Shown here piece by piece: positions 18,822 to 27,771 of a DNA stretch of 64,000 nt. The translations under genes were made by a program, and so were the position numbers. Numbering within the stretch: the stretch's first letter is position 1; each line of letters starts with the position of its first letter. This stretch comes from Candidatus Altimarinota bacterium (GTDB lineage Bacteria > Patescibacteriota > Gracilibacteria > CAIRYL01): positions 1,120,001-1,184,000 of the forward strand of contig OZ252287.1 of NCBI GenBank assembly GCA_965250085.1. The letters run 5' to 3'. The notes below the pieces were generated by a model. It was not told the DNA's origin, ran no database searches, and saw only the letters and a program-made list of their open reading frames with translations.

Positions 18822-18851
18822 AAACCCCCTCTACCCCTTTGCAAGGGGGAG
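18822..18851. repeat. Variant of the CCCCT palindromic element between convergent genes
   Basis: AAACCCCCTCTACCCCTTTGCAAGGGGGAG; may act as a terminator. Confidence 0.5.
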
Positions 18852-18856
18852 CAAAT

Positions 18857-19708
18857 TTATTTCTTCACGAATGATTTTTGACCTCCTATGTTTTTCCATG
18901 TCCAGAAAAAGATGGTAGCCGAAAGCGCTAACAGAATTAAAAAGATACGTAGTCCACCAATACTTATCTCACTTCCAAAAGCAAGGAGTGACATCAGGCA
19001 TTCACGAAGTGTAATCGCCAAGGTAAAGAGCATGACAAAACCTGAGACAAAGAGAAGAACAAAATGAAAAATAGCACACGCTTCAGATTGTATCTTCGGC
19101 ATAATTCTTTTTTGTCCATAATATGATGGCAACAAAAAGACTCCCAAAAGTGCTGTGGGGACTACGATACTGATAAAGTTCATCAAAAACTTGAGTCCTG
19201 ATTCATGAGTTTCAAACTGATCTGCAAATCCAAATTTCAGAAGCCAATTGGTCAGATACACCAGAAGAAAAACATCAAGGAGAATCAAAATGCCAGTAGA
19301 GAGAAGATGAAATACATGAGATGTATACAATACGGGACTTTTCACTTCATTCTTCTCGGTATCAAAGAGACTTCTTGGGAGAAATTTTTTCCCAATAACG
19401 AGAAGATATCCCCCTACGAGAAGAAGTATGATTTCTAGTCGCAAATTACTCATGGTCCAAAGCCCTCCTGCATCACCCCCAAATCCGATTTGCTCCAATA
19501 GATCATTTGCAAACAATCCGACTGCCAAAAGTATGGCGAGTATTCCACCCCCCCAAACCTTAAATGAAAACAGAGAGGAAAGAATGCGATTGGGTGATTT
19601 GGCAAGGAGGTATATAGCTGGGAAGAAAACGCCCACGGAACTAATAAAAGCGACCCAAAACAGGAGGGCAAGTATTCCAAAAACGGCTGGGAAGAATGCG
19701 GAGATCAT
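18857..19708 (-). CDS. Multi-pass membrane protein of unknown function
   Basis: About 7 hydrophobic segments; start uncertain (ORF open to 19780). Confidence 0.65.
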   Translation of the reverse strand: MISAFFPAVFGILALLFWVAFISSVGVFFPAIYLLAKSPNRILSSLFSFKVWGGGILAILLAVGLFANDLLEQIGFGGDAGGLWTMSNLRLEIILLLVGGYLLVIGKKFLPRSLFDTEKNEVKSPVLYTSHVFHLLSTGILILLDVFLLVYLTNWLLKFGFADQFETHESGLKFLMNFISIVVPTALLGVFLLPSYYGQKRIMPKIQSEACAIFHFVLLFVSGFVMLFTLAITLRECLMSLLAFGSEISIGGLRIFLILLALSATIFFWTWKNIGGQKSFVKK

Positions 19709-19826
19709 AGAGAAAAGAAAAAATTTATGAGTAAATTCTTTCGGGAGAGTAGCAGAAATGCTTCTTTGAGAGCAATACATGATTTCAGCATCCTCAATGT
19801 CTGAATTTTAGAACTGTAAAAAACTC

Positions 19827-19855
19827 TTGACTTTATATTCTTTCATATCTATATT
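19827..19855 (+). promoter_or_regulatory. trp operon promoter
   Basis: TTGACT-17 nt-TATATT. Confidence 0.75.
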
Positions 19856-19878
19856 TACTAGTGTTCTAGTAAGATAGT
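19855..19878. promoter_or_regulatory. TrpR operator
   Basis: Palindrome TTACTAG-TGTT-CTAGTAA (19855-19872), close to the enteric ACTAG-N-CTAGT operator; TAGT recurs at 8-bp spacing (19859, 19867, 19875). Confidence 0.85.
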
Positions 19879-19880
19879 AT

Positions 19881-20147
19881 ATGAAGAGCTCTCCAGACTT
19901 TATAAATGAATTGGCAAAAGTCATTGCGCATATTCACAATACAAAACGGGCAGAAGAGTTTCTTCTGGGCATATTAACTCCATCAGAGCGGGAAGAAGTG
20001 GCTCGCAGATTGCAAATATTGAAACTGTTAAAGCAAGGACATTCCCAATGGGAAGTAGCAAAAAAATTGGGTGTAGGAATTGCCACAGTGAGCAGAGGAG
20101 CAAAGGAATTGAAATATGGGAATTCAAAATTTCTTAATACTCTTTAA
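19881..20147 (+). CDS. trpR: Trp repressor (TrpR family)
   Basis: LTPSEREEVARR and SQWEVAKKLGVGIATVSRG HTH; first gene of the trp operon. Confidence 0.9.
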   Translation: MKSSPDFINELAKVIAHIHNTKRAEEFLLGILTPSEREEVARRLQILKLLKQGHSQWEVAKKLGVGIATVSRGAKELKYGNSKFLNTL

Positions 20148-20148
20148 A

Positions 20149-20208
20149 ATGAAATCTTCAAACACAAAATTGCAGGCTTGGTGGATAACTTTTTTCGTAC
20201 GGCATTGA
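20149..20208 (+). CDS. trpL: trp leader peptide MKSSNTKLQAWWITFFVRH
   Basis: 19-codon ORF with tandem TGG TGG (20179-20184), 1 nt after the trpR stop; too short for the ORF track. Confidence 0.88.
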   Translation: MKSSNTKLQAWWITFFVRH

Positions 20209-20269
20209 GGTGCCCATTTTTCTGAAACTGTAAAAGTTTGTAAACACCTCATCGCCGAGGTGTTTTTTT
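20201..20269 (+). terminator. trp attenuator with alternative terminator and antiterminator
   Basis: Terminator AAACACCTC-ATCGCC-GAGGTGTTT plus U tract (20242-20269); antiterminator TGAGGTG (20206-20212) with CACCTCA (20245-20251); GGCAT...GTGCC hairpin (20201-20214). Confidence 0.88.
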
Positions 20270-20283
20270 ATTTTTAAAATATA

Positions 20284-21783
20284 ATGATTCAATATAGCAA
20301 AATACACACTGGCATATACGAAGGGTCTGAAGAGATTCCGTATGAGACCGCGCATGAAATATTTTCTCGGTTGTACAGAAATTATGAATTCAAGTTTTTA
20401 CTAGAATCCAAGGACATTTCTCATATCTATGGAAGGCTCAGTCTCATCGGCGTTGATCCCATCTTGAAAATATCTGGAAAAGATGAAAATTTTGAGATTT
20501 CTGTATTACAGGAAAGAGGGAAATCGTATTTGGAACGCATATCGAAAGACGACTTGGCACTTTGTGATCATTGCGAGAGAGGGGAAAATGGTATTACAGG
20601 AAGAATTTCTAAAAAAACTCACGAATTTGACGAAGCAAAACGATCTCAACAAAAAAATATTGCCCAGGTCATCAGAATGGCTTTACAAGGATTAAAACTT
20701 AAAAGGAAGAGCTTTCTTGGCCTCTACGGAGCTCTGAGCTATGACTTTATTCGTCTTTTTGAAGAAATTCCTAATATTTTACCGGAGAACGATGTAAATG
20801 ATTTTACTTTTTTTCTCTATGACACATTTGTCTTCTTTGATCATCTGAAGGAGAAAACAGAAATTATTGCCTTTCGAGGTGATATACAGAGTGCTCAGAA
20901 GGCTATCTCCAAGATCTGTAAACAAGTAAAAGTAAAAAAGAAGCCTTCTTCTTATGAAATCTCAAGAGTGAAATTTTCCCTGAAACAGGATGAATATGAA
21001 AAAATGGTTGAAATCGCAAAGGAGTACACCAAAAAAGGAGAATTGTTTGAAGTCGTCTTTTCAAATATTCTAAACGCTCATTTTAAAGGAGACCCATTTG
21101 CACTGTATCTTGCCTATCGTGAAACAAATCCGTCTCCGTATCTTTTTTATTTTGACTTTGGAAACGAACAACTTGTAGGAGCATCCCCAGAAATGATGGT
21201 GCGTGTGGAAAACAATATCGCCCATCTTCGTCCTATTTCAGGGACAGCTAGAAGGGGTGAAGACGCCATTGAGGATCATGAGAATATGCTTTCTCTTCTC
21301 AGCGATCCCAAAGAGAAGGCCGAACTCGATATGCTTATTGATTTGGGGCGAAACGATCTGAGCAGGATTTGTAAGCCAAATTTAAAAATTAGTGATTATC
21401 GATTTGTTGAAAAATATTCAAAAGTAATGCACACGGTGGCTCATTTGCAGGGTGAATTGAGATCTGGATATATCGCCCTTGACGCTCTCATTGCCTGTCT
21501 TAATGCTGGCACACTTACGGGGGCACCAAAAGTTGCTGCAATGAAGGTAATTGAAAAGCATGAGAAAGAGAGAAGAGGATATTATGGTGGTGCTCTTGGC
21601 TACTTTACCTTCTCAGGCGAAATGGACACTGGGATTATTATTCGTACGGCACACATTCGAAAAAATGCACTGAGATTTCAGGTAGGAGCGACTTTACTCC
21701 ATGATTCTCAGCCAAAGAAAGAATATGAAGAGACGCTGCAGAAGGCACAGGCTTTTTTAAACACATTCGTTCATCAATCTTAA
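20284..21783 (+). CDS. trpE: Anthranilate synthase component I
   Basis: LLES, NPSPY, GASPE, PISGT, DLGRNDL, AGTLTGAPK. Confidence 0.94.
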   Translation: MIQYSKIHTGIYEGSEEIPYETAHEIFSRLYRNYEFKFLLESKDISHIYGRLSLIGVDPILKISGKDENFEISVLQERGKSYLERISKDDLALCDHCERGENGITGRISKKTHEFDEAKRSQQKNIAQVIRMALQGLKLKRKSFLGLYGALSYDFIRLFEEIPNILPENDVNDFTFFLYDTFVFFDHLKEKTEIIAFRGDIQSAQKAISKICKQVKVKKKPSSYEISRVKFSLKQDEYEKMVEIAKEYTKKGELFEVVFSNILNAHFKGDPFALYLAYRETNPSPYLFYFDFGNEQLVGASPEMMVRVENNIAHLRPISGTARRGEDAIEDHENMLSLLSDPKEKAELDMLIDLGRNDLSRICKPNLKISDYRFVEKYSKVMHTVAHLQGELRSGYIALDALIACLNAGTLTGAPKVAAMKVIEKHEKERRGYYGGALGYFTFSGEMDTGIIIRTAHIRKNALRFQVGATLLHDSQPKKEYEETLQKAQAFLNTFVHQS

Positions 21784-21784
21784 T

Positions 21785-22372
21785 ATGTCTCATTATAAAA
21801 ACATTCTCGTTATTGATAACTTTGATTCATTTACCTTTAATTTGGTTGATTATCTTACGCAGCTAAATTGTAAGGTCACAACGCTTCGCAACACTATCAG
21901 TATATCCTCTGTAGCGAAAATTGACCCAGATTTAATTGTTCTTTCTCCTGGTCCATCGGTTCCAAAAAACGCAGGGAATCTTATGGGTATTATTGATAGA
22001 TATCATGATATATATCCAATATTCGGAGTCTGCTTGGGACACGAAGCGCTCATTGAATATTTTGGTGGCACGCTTACATTTACTGAACCAGTTCATGGAA
22101 AAGCTTCTCCCATTCGTCATGATGGAAAGACTATTTTTACCGGACTTGAGCAGAATTTTATGGCAGGTCGATACCATTCTCTCATAGCCGACAAAGTGCC
22201 ATCATGCTTCTGCACTTCAGCAAAATACAAAAATATTGTTATGGGAGTGCGTCATAGAAGCCTGCCAATAGAAGGCGTGCAGTTTCATCCAGAGTCAGTT
22301 CTGACCATGAAAGGTCAAAATGGATTTCATATTATTAAAAATCTTGTTTATGGATACGATAGAATTTCTTAA
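21785..22372 (+). CDS. trpG: Anthranilate synthase component II
   Basis: IDNFDSFTFNL, SPGP, GVCLGH, RYHSL, QFHPES. Confidence 0.95.
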   Translation: MSHYKNILVIDNFDSFTFNLVDYLTQLNCKVTTLRNTISISSVAKIDPDLIVLSPGPSVPKNAGNLMGIIDRYHDIYPIFGVCLGHEALIEYFGGTLTFTEPVHGKASPIRHDGKTIFTGLEQNFMAGRYHSLIADKVPSCFCTSAKYKNIVMGVRHRSLPIEGVQFHPESVLTMKGQNGFHIIKNLVYGYDRIS

Positions 22373-24656
22373 ACGGAGTATCTCCGGTCGGCTTTCCTTG
22401 CATCAGCAAAAGGAATTTTTAGAATCAAAAAAATCACTTACTGCTGAGGAGTTCAGGGATATCGTTGTTTTTTTGCAAAAGGACCTTCCAGAGAAGCGGA
22501 GGTTTTCTGAAGCAATTGATGTTTGTGGCACCGGTGGGTCGGGTCTCCAGAGGATCAACACCTCTACCATTGCTGCTTTTATTTTGGCGTCACTAGGAGT
22601 CAAAGTGGCGAAACATGGGAATAAAGCTGCAAGTGGCCGTTTTGGCAGTTTTGATCTTGTGGAAACACTTGGTATTAATTCTCATAGTTCTGAAACGCTC
22701 TATCATAATCATCATCTTGCGCTTCTTTTTGCTTCGGAGTTTTACCCGGCCATGAAGCATTTCGCGCCAGTCAGGAAAAGTATCGGGAAGCCAACCTTCT
22801 TTAATCTCTTAGGACCACTCTTGAGTCCTGTGCGTGCACAGAAACAAATTATCGGTACTGCGTTTCGAGATAAAATGGAAATCATTGCTCAAACATGCAA
22901 ACTTCTTGGAAAAAAGCATGTTTTTGTGGTTTGTGGGGAAGATGGACTGGATGAAGTGACTCTGACCGGAAAAACATATGTAGTGGAACTCCATAAGAAC
23001 AAAATACAAAAATATATAATTTCTCCAAAAGATTTTGGACTCTCCTCATGTTCTTTCTCTGAAATCAAAGGAGGAACCCCAAAATATAATGTAAAAATGA
23101 CTCAATCTATACTCCAGGGAAAATGTAAAACTAAACATTTGGATCTTGTGCTCATCAATGTTGCTCTTGCGCTTCAGCTCACTGGGAAAGCAGTAAATCT
23201 TAAAGATGGATATCGTTTGGCGAAACAGGCTGCTCAGGAAGGAAAAGCATTCGAGACGCTTCATATCTATCAAGAATATTCTAAAACTCCTCATATTCTT
23301 CAAAAAATCGTTCAACATAAATGTGAGGAATTGGAAAAAAGGAAACTGAAATACTCCTTAGAAAAACTAAAAAAAGAAGCTCCAATCTGCGATAGAAATT
23401 TTATAGCGCGTCTGCAAAGACCAAGATTATCTCTTATTGCCGAAATAAAAAAATATTCTCCCAGCTCGCCAAAAATAGCTTCTGGAAGCTTTTCACCAAC
23501 AAGGATTGCACGACTCTATGAAAAAAATGGTGTTGATGCAATCTCTGTGCTTTGTGATCAAAAATATTTTGGTGGTAGCTTACAGCATCTTCAAAAAGCG
23601 TATGAACATACAAAACATACTCCGATTCTTTGCAAAGATTTTATTATTGATGAATATCAAATCTACGAAGCGAGAAAATATGGTGCTTCCGCAGTGCTTT
23701 TGATTGCAGCAATTTTAAATGAAGATCAGATAAAGAAGTTTCTGAAGGTAGTGGAAAGTCTGAAAATGACGGCTATATGTGAAGTGCATAATCGCGAAGA
23801 ACTTGAAAAAGTACTCAAAACTTCAGCGAAAGCAATTGGCATCAACAATAGAGATTTAAATACTTTTACGACAAGCATGCGGGTAACGAAAAAACTTGCT
23901 CCGCATATACCTGCTGACAAAATTCTCATCTCTGAGAGTGGCATTACTTCAAAAAGTAATATCGATTTACTCCCAGAAAATATTGATGCAGTACTCATAG
24001 GAACATCTTTCATGTCCAGCGAGAATATTTCAGAAAAAATACACAGTCTTTTTCGTTCACAAAAACCACTTTTGAAGATATGTGGTATTCGCACAGAAGA
24101 GGAAGCATATTTTTGTGACGCACTCGGCATAGACCTTATTGGTCTTAATTTTGTCGAAAAAAGCCACAGATCTGTCTCTGTCAAAAAAGCAAATATAATT
24201 TGCGAAAATATTACTCATGCAAAAACAGTTGGAGTTTTTCAAAATCATAAACTGGAAGAAGTAAATAAAATAGCGACTGCGCTTAATCTCGACTACATAC
24301 AGCTTTCCGGCAAAGAGACGCTGTCTTATGTTCAAAAGTGTTGTAAGCCGGTTCTCAAAACTATTCCTCTCAAAACATCAGCAGATATAAAAATAGCTGA
24401 AAAATATTTGCCACATGTGTCTTATGTCATTTTTGATGGCCCCGATCCTGGGAGTGGAAAAATGATGAATACTGATCTTTTGAGAGGTATTTCAGGAAAA
24501 TTCTTTCTGTCGGGAGGAATAAATGCAAACAATATTGGAACAATGATACAAAAATTGCATCCATTGGGAGTTGATATTGCCAGCGGCGCAGAAACAGATT
24601 TAAAAATCGATTTACAAAAAATTTCTTTTCTCTTTCATCACCTTTCACCATGTTAA
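22350..24656 (+). CDS. trpDCF: Trifunctional TrpD-TrpC-TrpF fusion
   Basis: TrpD: DVCGTGGSG, NTST, KHGN, GLDE. TrpC from about 23290: IAEIKKYSPS, KDFIIDEYQI, GINNRDL, SESGI. TrpF from about 24070: KICGI, GSGK, LSGGI, GVDIASG. Confidence 0.92.
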   Translation: MDTIEFLKRSISGRLSLHQQKEFLESKKSLTAEEFRDIVVFLQKDLPEKRRFSEAIDVCGTGGSGLQRINTSTIAAFILASLGVKVAKHGNKAASGRFGSFDLVETLGINSHSSETLYHNHHLALLFASEFYPAMKHFAPVRKSIGKPTFFNLLGPLLSPVRAQKQIIGTAFRDKMEIIAQTCKLLGKKHVFVVCGEDGLDEVTLTGKTYVVELHKNKIQKYIISPKDFGLSSCSFSEIKGGTPKYNVKMTQSILQGKCKTKHLDLVLINVALALQLTGKAVNLKDGYRLAKQAAQEGKAFETLHIYQEYSKTPHILQKIVQHKCEELEKRKLKYSLEKLKKEAPICDRNFIARLQRPRLSLIAEIKKYSPSSPKIASGSFSPTRIARLYEKNGVDAISVLCDQKYFGGSLQHLQKAYEHTKHTPILCKDFIIDEYQIYEARKYGASAVLLIAAILNEDQIKKFLKVVESLKMTAICEVHNREELEKVLKTSAKAIGINNRDLNTFTTSMRVTKKLAPHIPADKILISESGITSKSNIDLLPENIDAVLIGTSFMSSENISEKIHSLFRSQKPLLKICGIRTEEEAYFCDALGIDLIGLNFVEKSHRSVSVKKANIICENITHAKTVGVFQNHKLEEVNKIATALNLDYIQLSGKETLSYVQKCCKPVLKTIPLKTSADIKIAEKYLPHVSYVIFDGPDPGSGKMMNTDLLRGISGKFFLSGGINANNIGTMIQKLHPLGVDIASGAETDLKIDLQKISFLFHHLSPC

Positions 24657-25633
24657 TTGTCATGCAAAACACCGCTTCTCAGAAGCAAGTCGAAGATGTT
24701 GTGAATGCCATCGAAAAACTCAATCTCAAAGCAGAAAAGATTCCGGGTTCTCAGCGTACGGCCATTGGAGTCATTGGAAATAAAGACTATGTTAACGAAG
24801 GAGGTATTCTTAATTTTCCAGGGGTAAAAGAGATAATCCATGTGACCAAAAAATATAAGTTGGTGAGCAGGGAATATAAAAACGAGGATACTCTGGTAAA
24901 AGTGGGGAACACAGTTGTTTTTGGAGGTAAAAAACCCGTCGTTATTGCTGGTCCCTGTTCTATAGAATCTGAGGATCAATTTCTTACCATCGCCAAGACG
25001 GTAAAAAAACTTGGTGGCGATATGCTCAGGGGTGGTGCGTATAAACCAAGAACTTCTCCCTATTCCTTTCAGGGACTCGGAGAAAGTGGTTTACGAATTA
25101 TGAAAAAAGTATCTCAGCAAGTGGGACTTCCGATAGTGAGCGAAATTATTTCTGCCGAGGATATACCACTGTTTCAAAAGTATGTTGATATGGTTCAAAT
25201 TGGCTCTCGAAATATGCACAATTTTGACCTCATTCAAAAAGTTGCCCTTATGGGCAAACCTATTCTTCTCAAGAGAGGGATGTCGGCAATGATGGAGGAG
25301 TTTTTATTGGCTGCAGAATATATTTTGAATGCAGGGAATCCAAATGTTGTTCTTTGTGAAAGAGGAATACGGACTTTTGAAAATTCCACAAGGAATATAC
25401 TTGATCTCAACACTCTCGCACTCATTAGAAAGGAGTCGCATTTGCCGATTATTGCTGATCCAAGTCATGCGGCTGGTCGTTTTGACCTTATCACACCGCT
25501 TGCAAAATCAGCACTTGCAGCCGGTGCACAAGGACTTATTGTTGAAGTCCATAATAACCCAAGAGAAGCTCTTTCTGATGGCGAACAGTCACTCAATTTG
25601 GACACTTTCCATTCCTTTATGAAACAACTATGA
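24650..25633 (+). CDS. aroF: DAHP synthase, class I-beta, with N-terminal regulatory domain
   Basis: IAGPCSIES, RGGAYKPRTSPYSFQG, QIGSRNM, CERGIRTFE, DPSH. Confidence 0.94.
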   Translation: MLIVMQNTASQKQVEDVVNAIEKLNLKAEKIPGSQRTAIGVIGNKDYVNEGGILNFPGVKEIIHVTKKYKLVSREYKNEDTLVKVGNTVVFGGKKPVVIAGPCSIESEDQFLTIAKTVKKLGGDMLRGGAYKPRTSPYSFQGLGESGLRIMKKVSQQVGLPIVSEIISAEDIPLFQKYVDMVQIGSRNMHNFDLIQKVALMGKPILLKRGMSAMMEEFLLAAEYILNAGNPNVVLCERGIRTFENSTRNILDLNTLALIRKESHLPIIADPSHAAGRFDLITPLAKSALAAGAQGLIVEVHNNPREALSDGEQSLNLDTFHSFMKQL

Positions 25634-26826
25634 AATCGCTTAAAAAGTACATATTGAATAGATCTGGACACTTTGGGATATATGGGGGCAGATATATTCC
25701 TGAACTCCTCATGCCCATCATGGAGGAATTGGAGCAGGCTTTTTACGAAAGCATACGAGATCGCGATTTTCTTTCTGATCTCAAAGGTTTGTATACCACT
25801 TTTGTTGGCAGACCTACTCCTTTATATTTTTGTGAGAACCTAACGAAAAAGCTAGGAGGAGCTAAAATCTTTCTCAAAAATGAGGGGCTTGCTCACACCG
25901 GGGCACATAAAATCAATCACTGCACAGGACAGGCGCTCCTGGCAAAAAAACTTAAAAAGAAAAGGATTATTGCAGAAACAGGAGCAGGACAACACGGTTT
26001 AGCTACTGCGACCATTGCAGCAAAATTTGGATTTGATTGCACTATTTATATGGGTGCAAAGGACTATAAAAGGCAACGTCCAAATGTGTTCTGGATGGAA
26101 AGACTCGGAGCGACAGTAGTTCCAGTTACAATTGGCGGCCAAATACTGCGAGATGCAATCAACGAAGCATTGCGGGACTTGATTTCGAACCCGAAAGATA
26201 CTCATTATTTACTGGGTACTGTGTGTGGACCTCATCCATATCCAGTGATGAATGCATATTTTCAAAGTATTGTCGGAAGGGAGATGAAAAAGCAACTTCA
26301 GAAAAAACCTAATTATCTCGTTGCCTGTGTTGGCGGTGGGAGCAATGCCATGGGCATTTTTCATGAGTTTTTGGATGATCAGGATGTCAAAATGATAGCT
26401 GTGGAAGCAGGGGGGAGGAGTTTAAAATCGACAAAGAAAGGATGTGAGCACGCTGCTCGTTTTGAAAAAGGAAAAGTAGGAGTAACTGAAGGGTTTAAAT
26501 CGTATTTTCTCCAAGATAAGCACGGACAGATGCGAGAAACACACAGTATTGCCGCAGGATTGGATTATTCTGGAGTGGGACCTCAACTCGCATATCTCAA
26601 AGATATTGGTCGTATTAAAACTTCGTACGCATTCGATAGAGAAGTGCTCGAAGCATATACACTTTTAGCAAAAGAAGAGGGAGTTCTTGCTGCTCTAGAA
26701 TCCTGCCATGCTGTTGCTGAGGTTATCAAGCTTGCTCCAAAGCTCAATAAAGAAGAAGTTATAGTTTTCAATTGCTCTGGAAGAGGGGATAAGGATTACT
26801 TCATTGTTCGGGATAAATTTTCATAA
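25630..26826 (+). CDS. trpB: Tryptophan synthase beta chain
   Basis: HTGAHKIN, AETGAGQHG, GGGSNA, SIAAGLDY, SGRGDKD. Confidence 0.97.
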   Translation: MKSLKKYILNRSGHFGIYGGRYIPELLMPIMEELEQAFYESIRDRDFLSDLKGLYTTFVGRPTPLYFCENLTKKLGGAKIFLKNEGLAHTGAHKINHCTGQALLAKKLKKKRIIAETGAGQHGLATATIAAKFGFDCTIYMGAKDYKRQRPNVFWMERLGATVVPVTIGGQILRDAINEALRDLISNPKDTHYLLGTVCGPHPYPVMNAYFQSIVGREMKKQLQKKPNYLVACVGGGSNAMGIFHEFLDDQDVKMIAVEAGGRSLKSTKKGCEHAARFEKGKVGVTEGFKSYFLQDKHGQMRETHSIAAGLDYSGVGPQLAYLKDIGRIKTSYAFDREVLEAYTLLAKEEGVLAALESCHAVAEVIKLAPKLNKEEVIVFNCSGRGDKDYFIVRDKFS

Positions 26827-26832
26827 TTCCAA

Positions 26833-27570
26833 ATGAAACTCATGACTCACATCGTCGGCGGATATCCCACTATGAAAGAATGTGAAGCTATAGCACTTAC
26901 TATGGTAGAAGCAGGAGTATCATATTTAGAAATTCAAATTCCTTTTTCCGATCCCATCGCTGATGGCAGAACAATCTTGAAAGCTAATACAAAAGCTTTG
27001 CAAAATGGAATTACTCCTGAGGATTGTTTTAGACTTATGAAGAAGTTAAAACGGCAGACAAATATACCTCTTCTGTTTATGACCTATTACAATATCCCCT
27101 TTCGTTATGGGCTTGAAAAGTTCTGCAAAAAAGCAAAAGAGATAGGGTGTTATGGACTTATAATCCCTGATATTCCTATAGATGAAGAAAAATATGAGAA
27201 TTATCTTTCGATTTGTAAAAAACATAAACTGCACGCCATACAAGTGATTTCTCCTCTTACTCCTGAAGCGAGGTTAAAGAAAATAACAAAAGTCGCATCG
27301 GGGTTTGTGTATTGTGTCTCGTCTTCTGGTACCACAGGGGAAAGAAAGAATTTCTCTCCGAAGTTGGATGAATATCTCAAGAGAGTGCGAAAGCATATAC
27401 ATGTGCCAATAGCTTTAGGATTTGGAATTTCCAGGAAAAGCCATATTGGAGTCATTCAAGAAAAAGTGGATATTGCCATAATTGGGAGCAAATTGATCAA
27501 TCTTTATAACACTTCAAAGGAGAATAAGTTACAAACAATAAAAAGCTTTCTCAAAAAACTAACCTCCTAA
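26833..27570 (+). CDS. trpA: Tryptophan synthase alpha chain
   Basis: EIQIPFSDPIADG, MTYYN, GTTG, GFGIS. Confidence 0.96.
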   Translation: MKLMTHIVGGYPTMKECEAIALTMVEAGVSYLEIQIPFSDPIADGRTILKANTKALQNGITPEDCFRLMKKLKRQTNIPLLFMTYYNIPFRYGLEKFCKKAKEIGCYGLIIPDIPIDEEKYENYLSICKKHKLHAIQVISPLTPEARLKKITKVASGFVYCVSSSGTTGERKNFSPKLDEYLKRVRKHIHVPIALGFGISRKSHIGVIQEKVDIAIIGSKLINLYNTSKENKLQTIKSFLKKLTS

Positions 27571-27619
27571 AAAGAAAAAATCTGAACTCAAAATCAGTAC
27601 AATTTCTACGAGAATAGCC

Positions 27620-27648
27620 TTGACTCTCACTACCTTCATCAGTAAACT
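27620..27648 (+). promoter_or_regulatory. Promoter of the rplC-led ribosomal protein operon
   Basis: TTGACT-17 nt-TAAACT. Confidence 0.65.
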
Positions 27649-27771
27649 CCCTTGGCGTTTTGATCTTGCGCAATACATTCGGGTTCAAGTCCTTTTGTTT
27701 TCTAAAAGGGCGAAACAGGGTTTTTATCCTCTCAGAATCTGAATTTTATTTTCAAGCTCTCAAAGACCTTT

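Noticed and set aside
20148-20283. T-box riboswitch or TRAP-binding site
   Set aside because: The region is too short, has no T-box motif or (G/U)AG repeat series, and is fully explained by the leader peptide attenuator.
19881-27570. trp operon as a bounded genomic island or prophage cargo
   Set aside because: No integrase, att-like direct repeats or phage genes were seen at its borders; horizontal origin remains only an inference.
27655-27715. tRNA gene or remnant (GGGTTCAAGTCC resembles a T arm)
   Set aside because: No acceptor, D or anticodon stems could be built; it is more likely part of the rplC leader.
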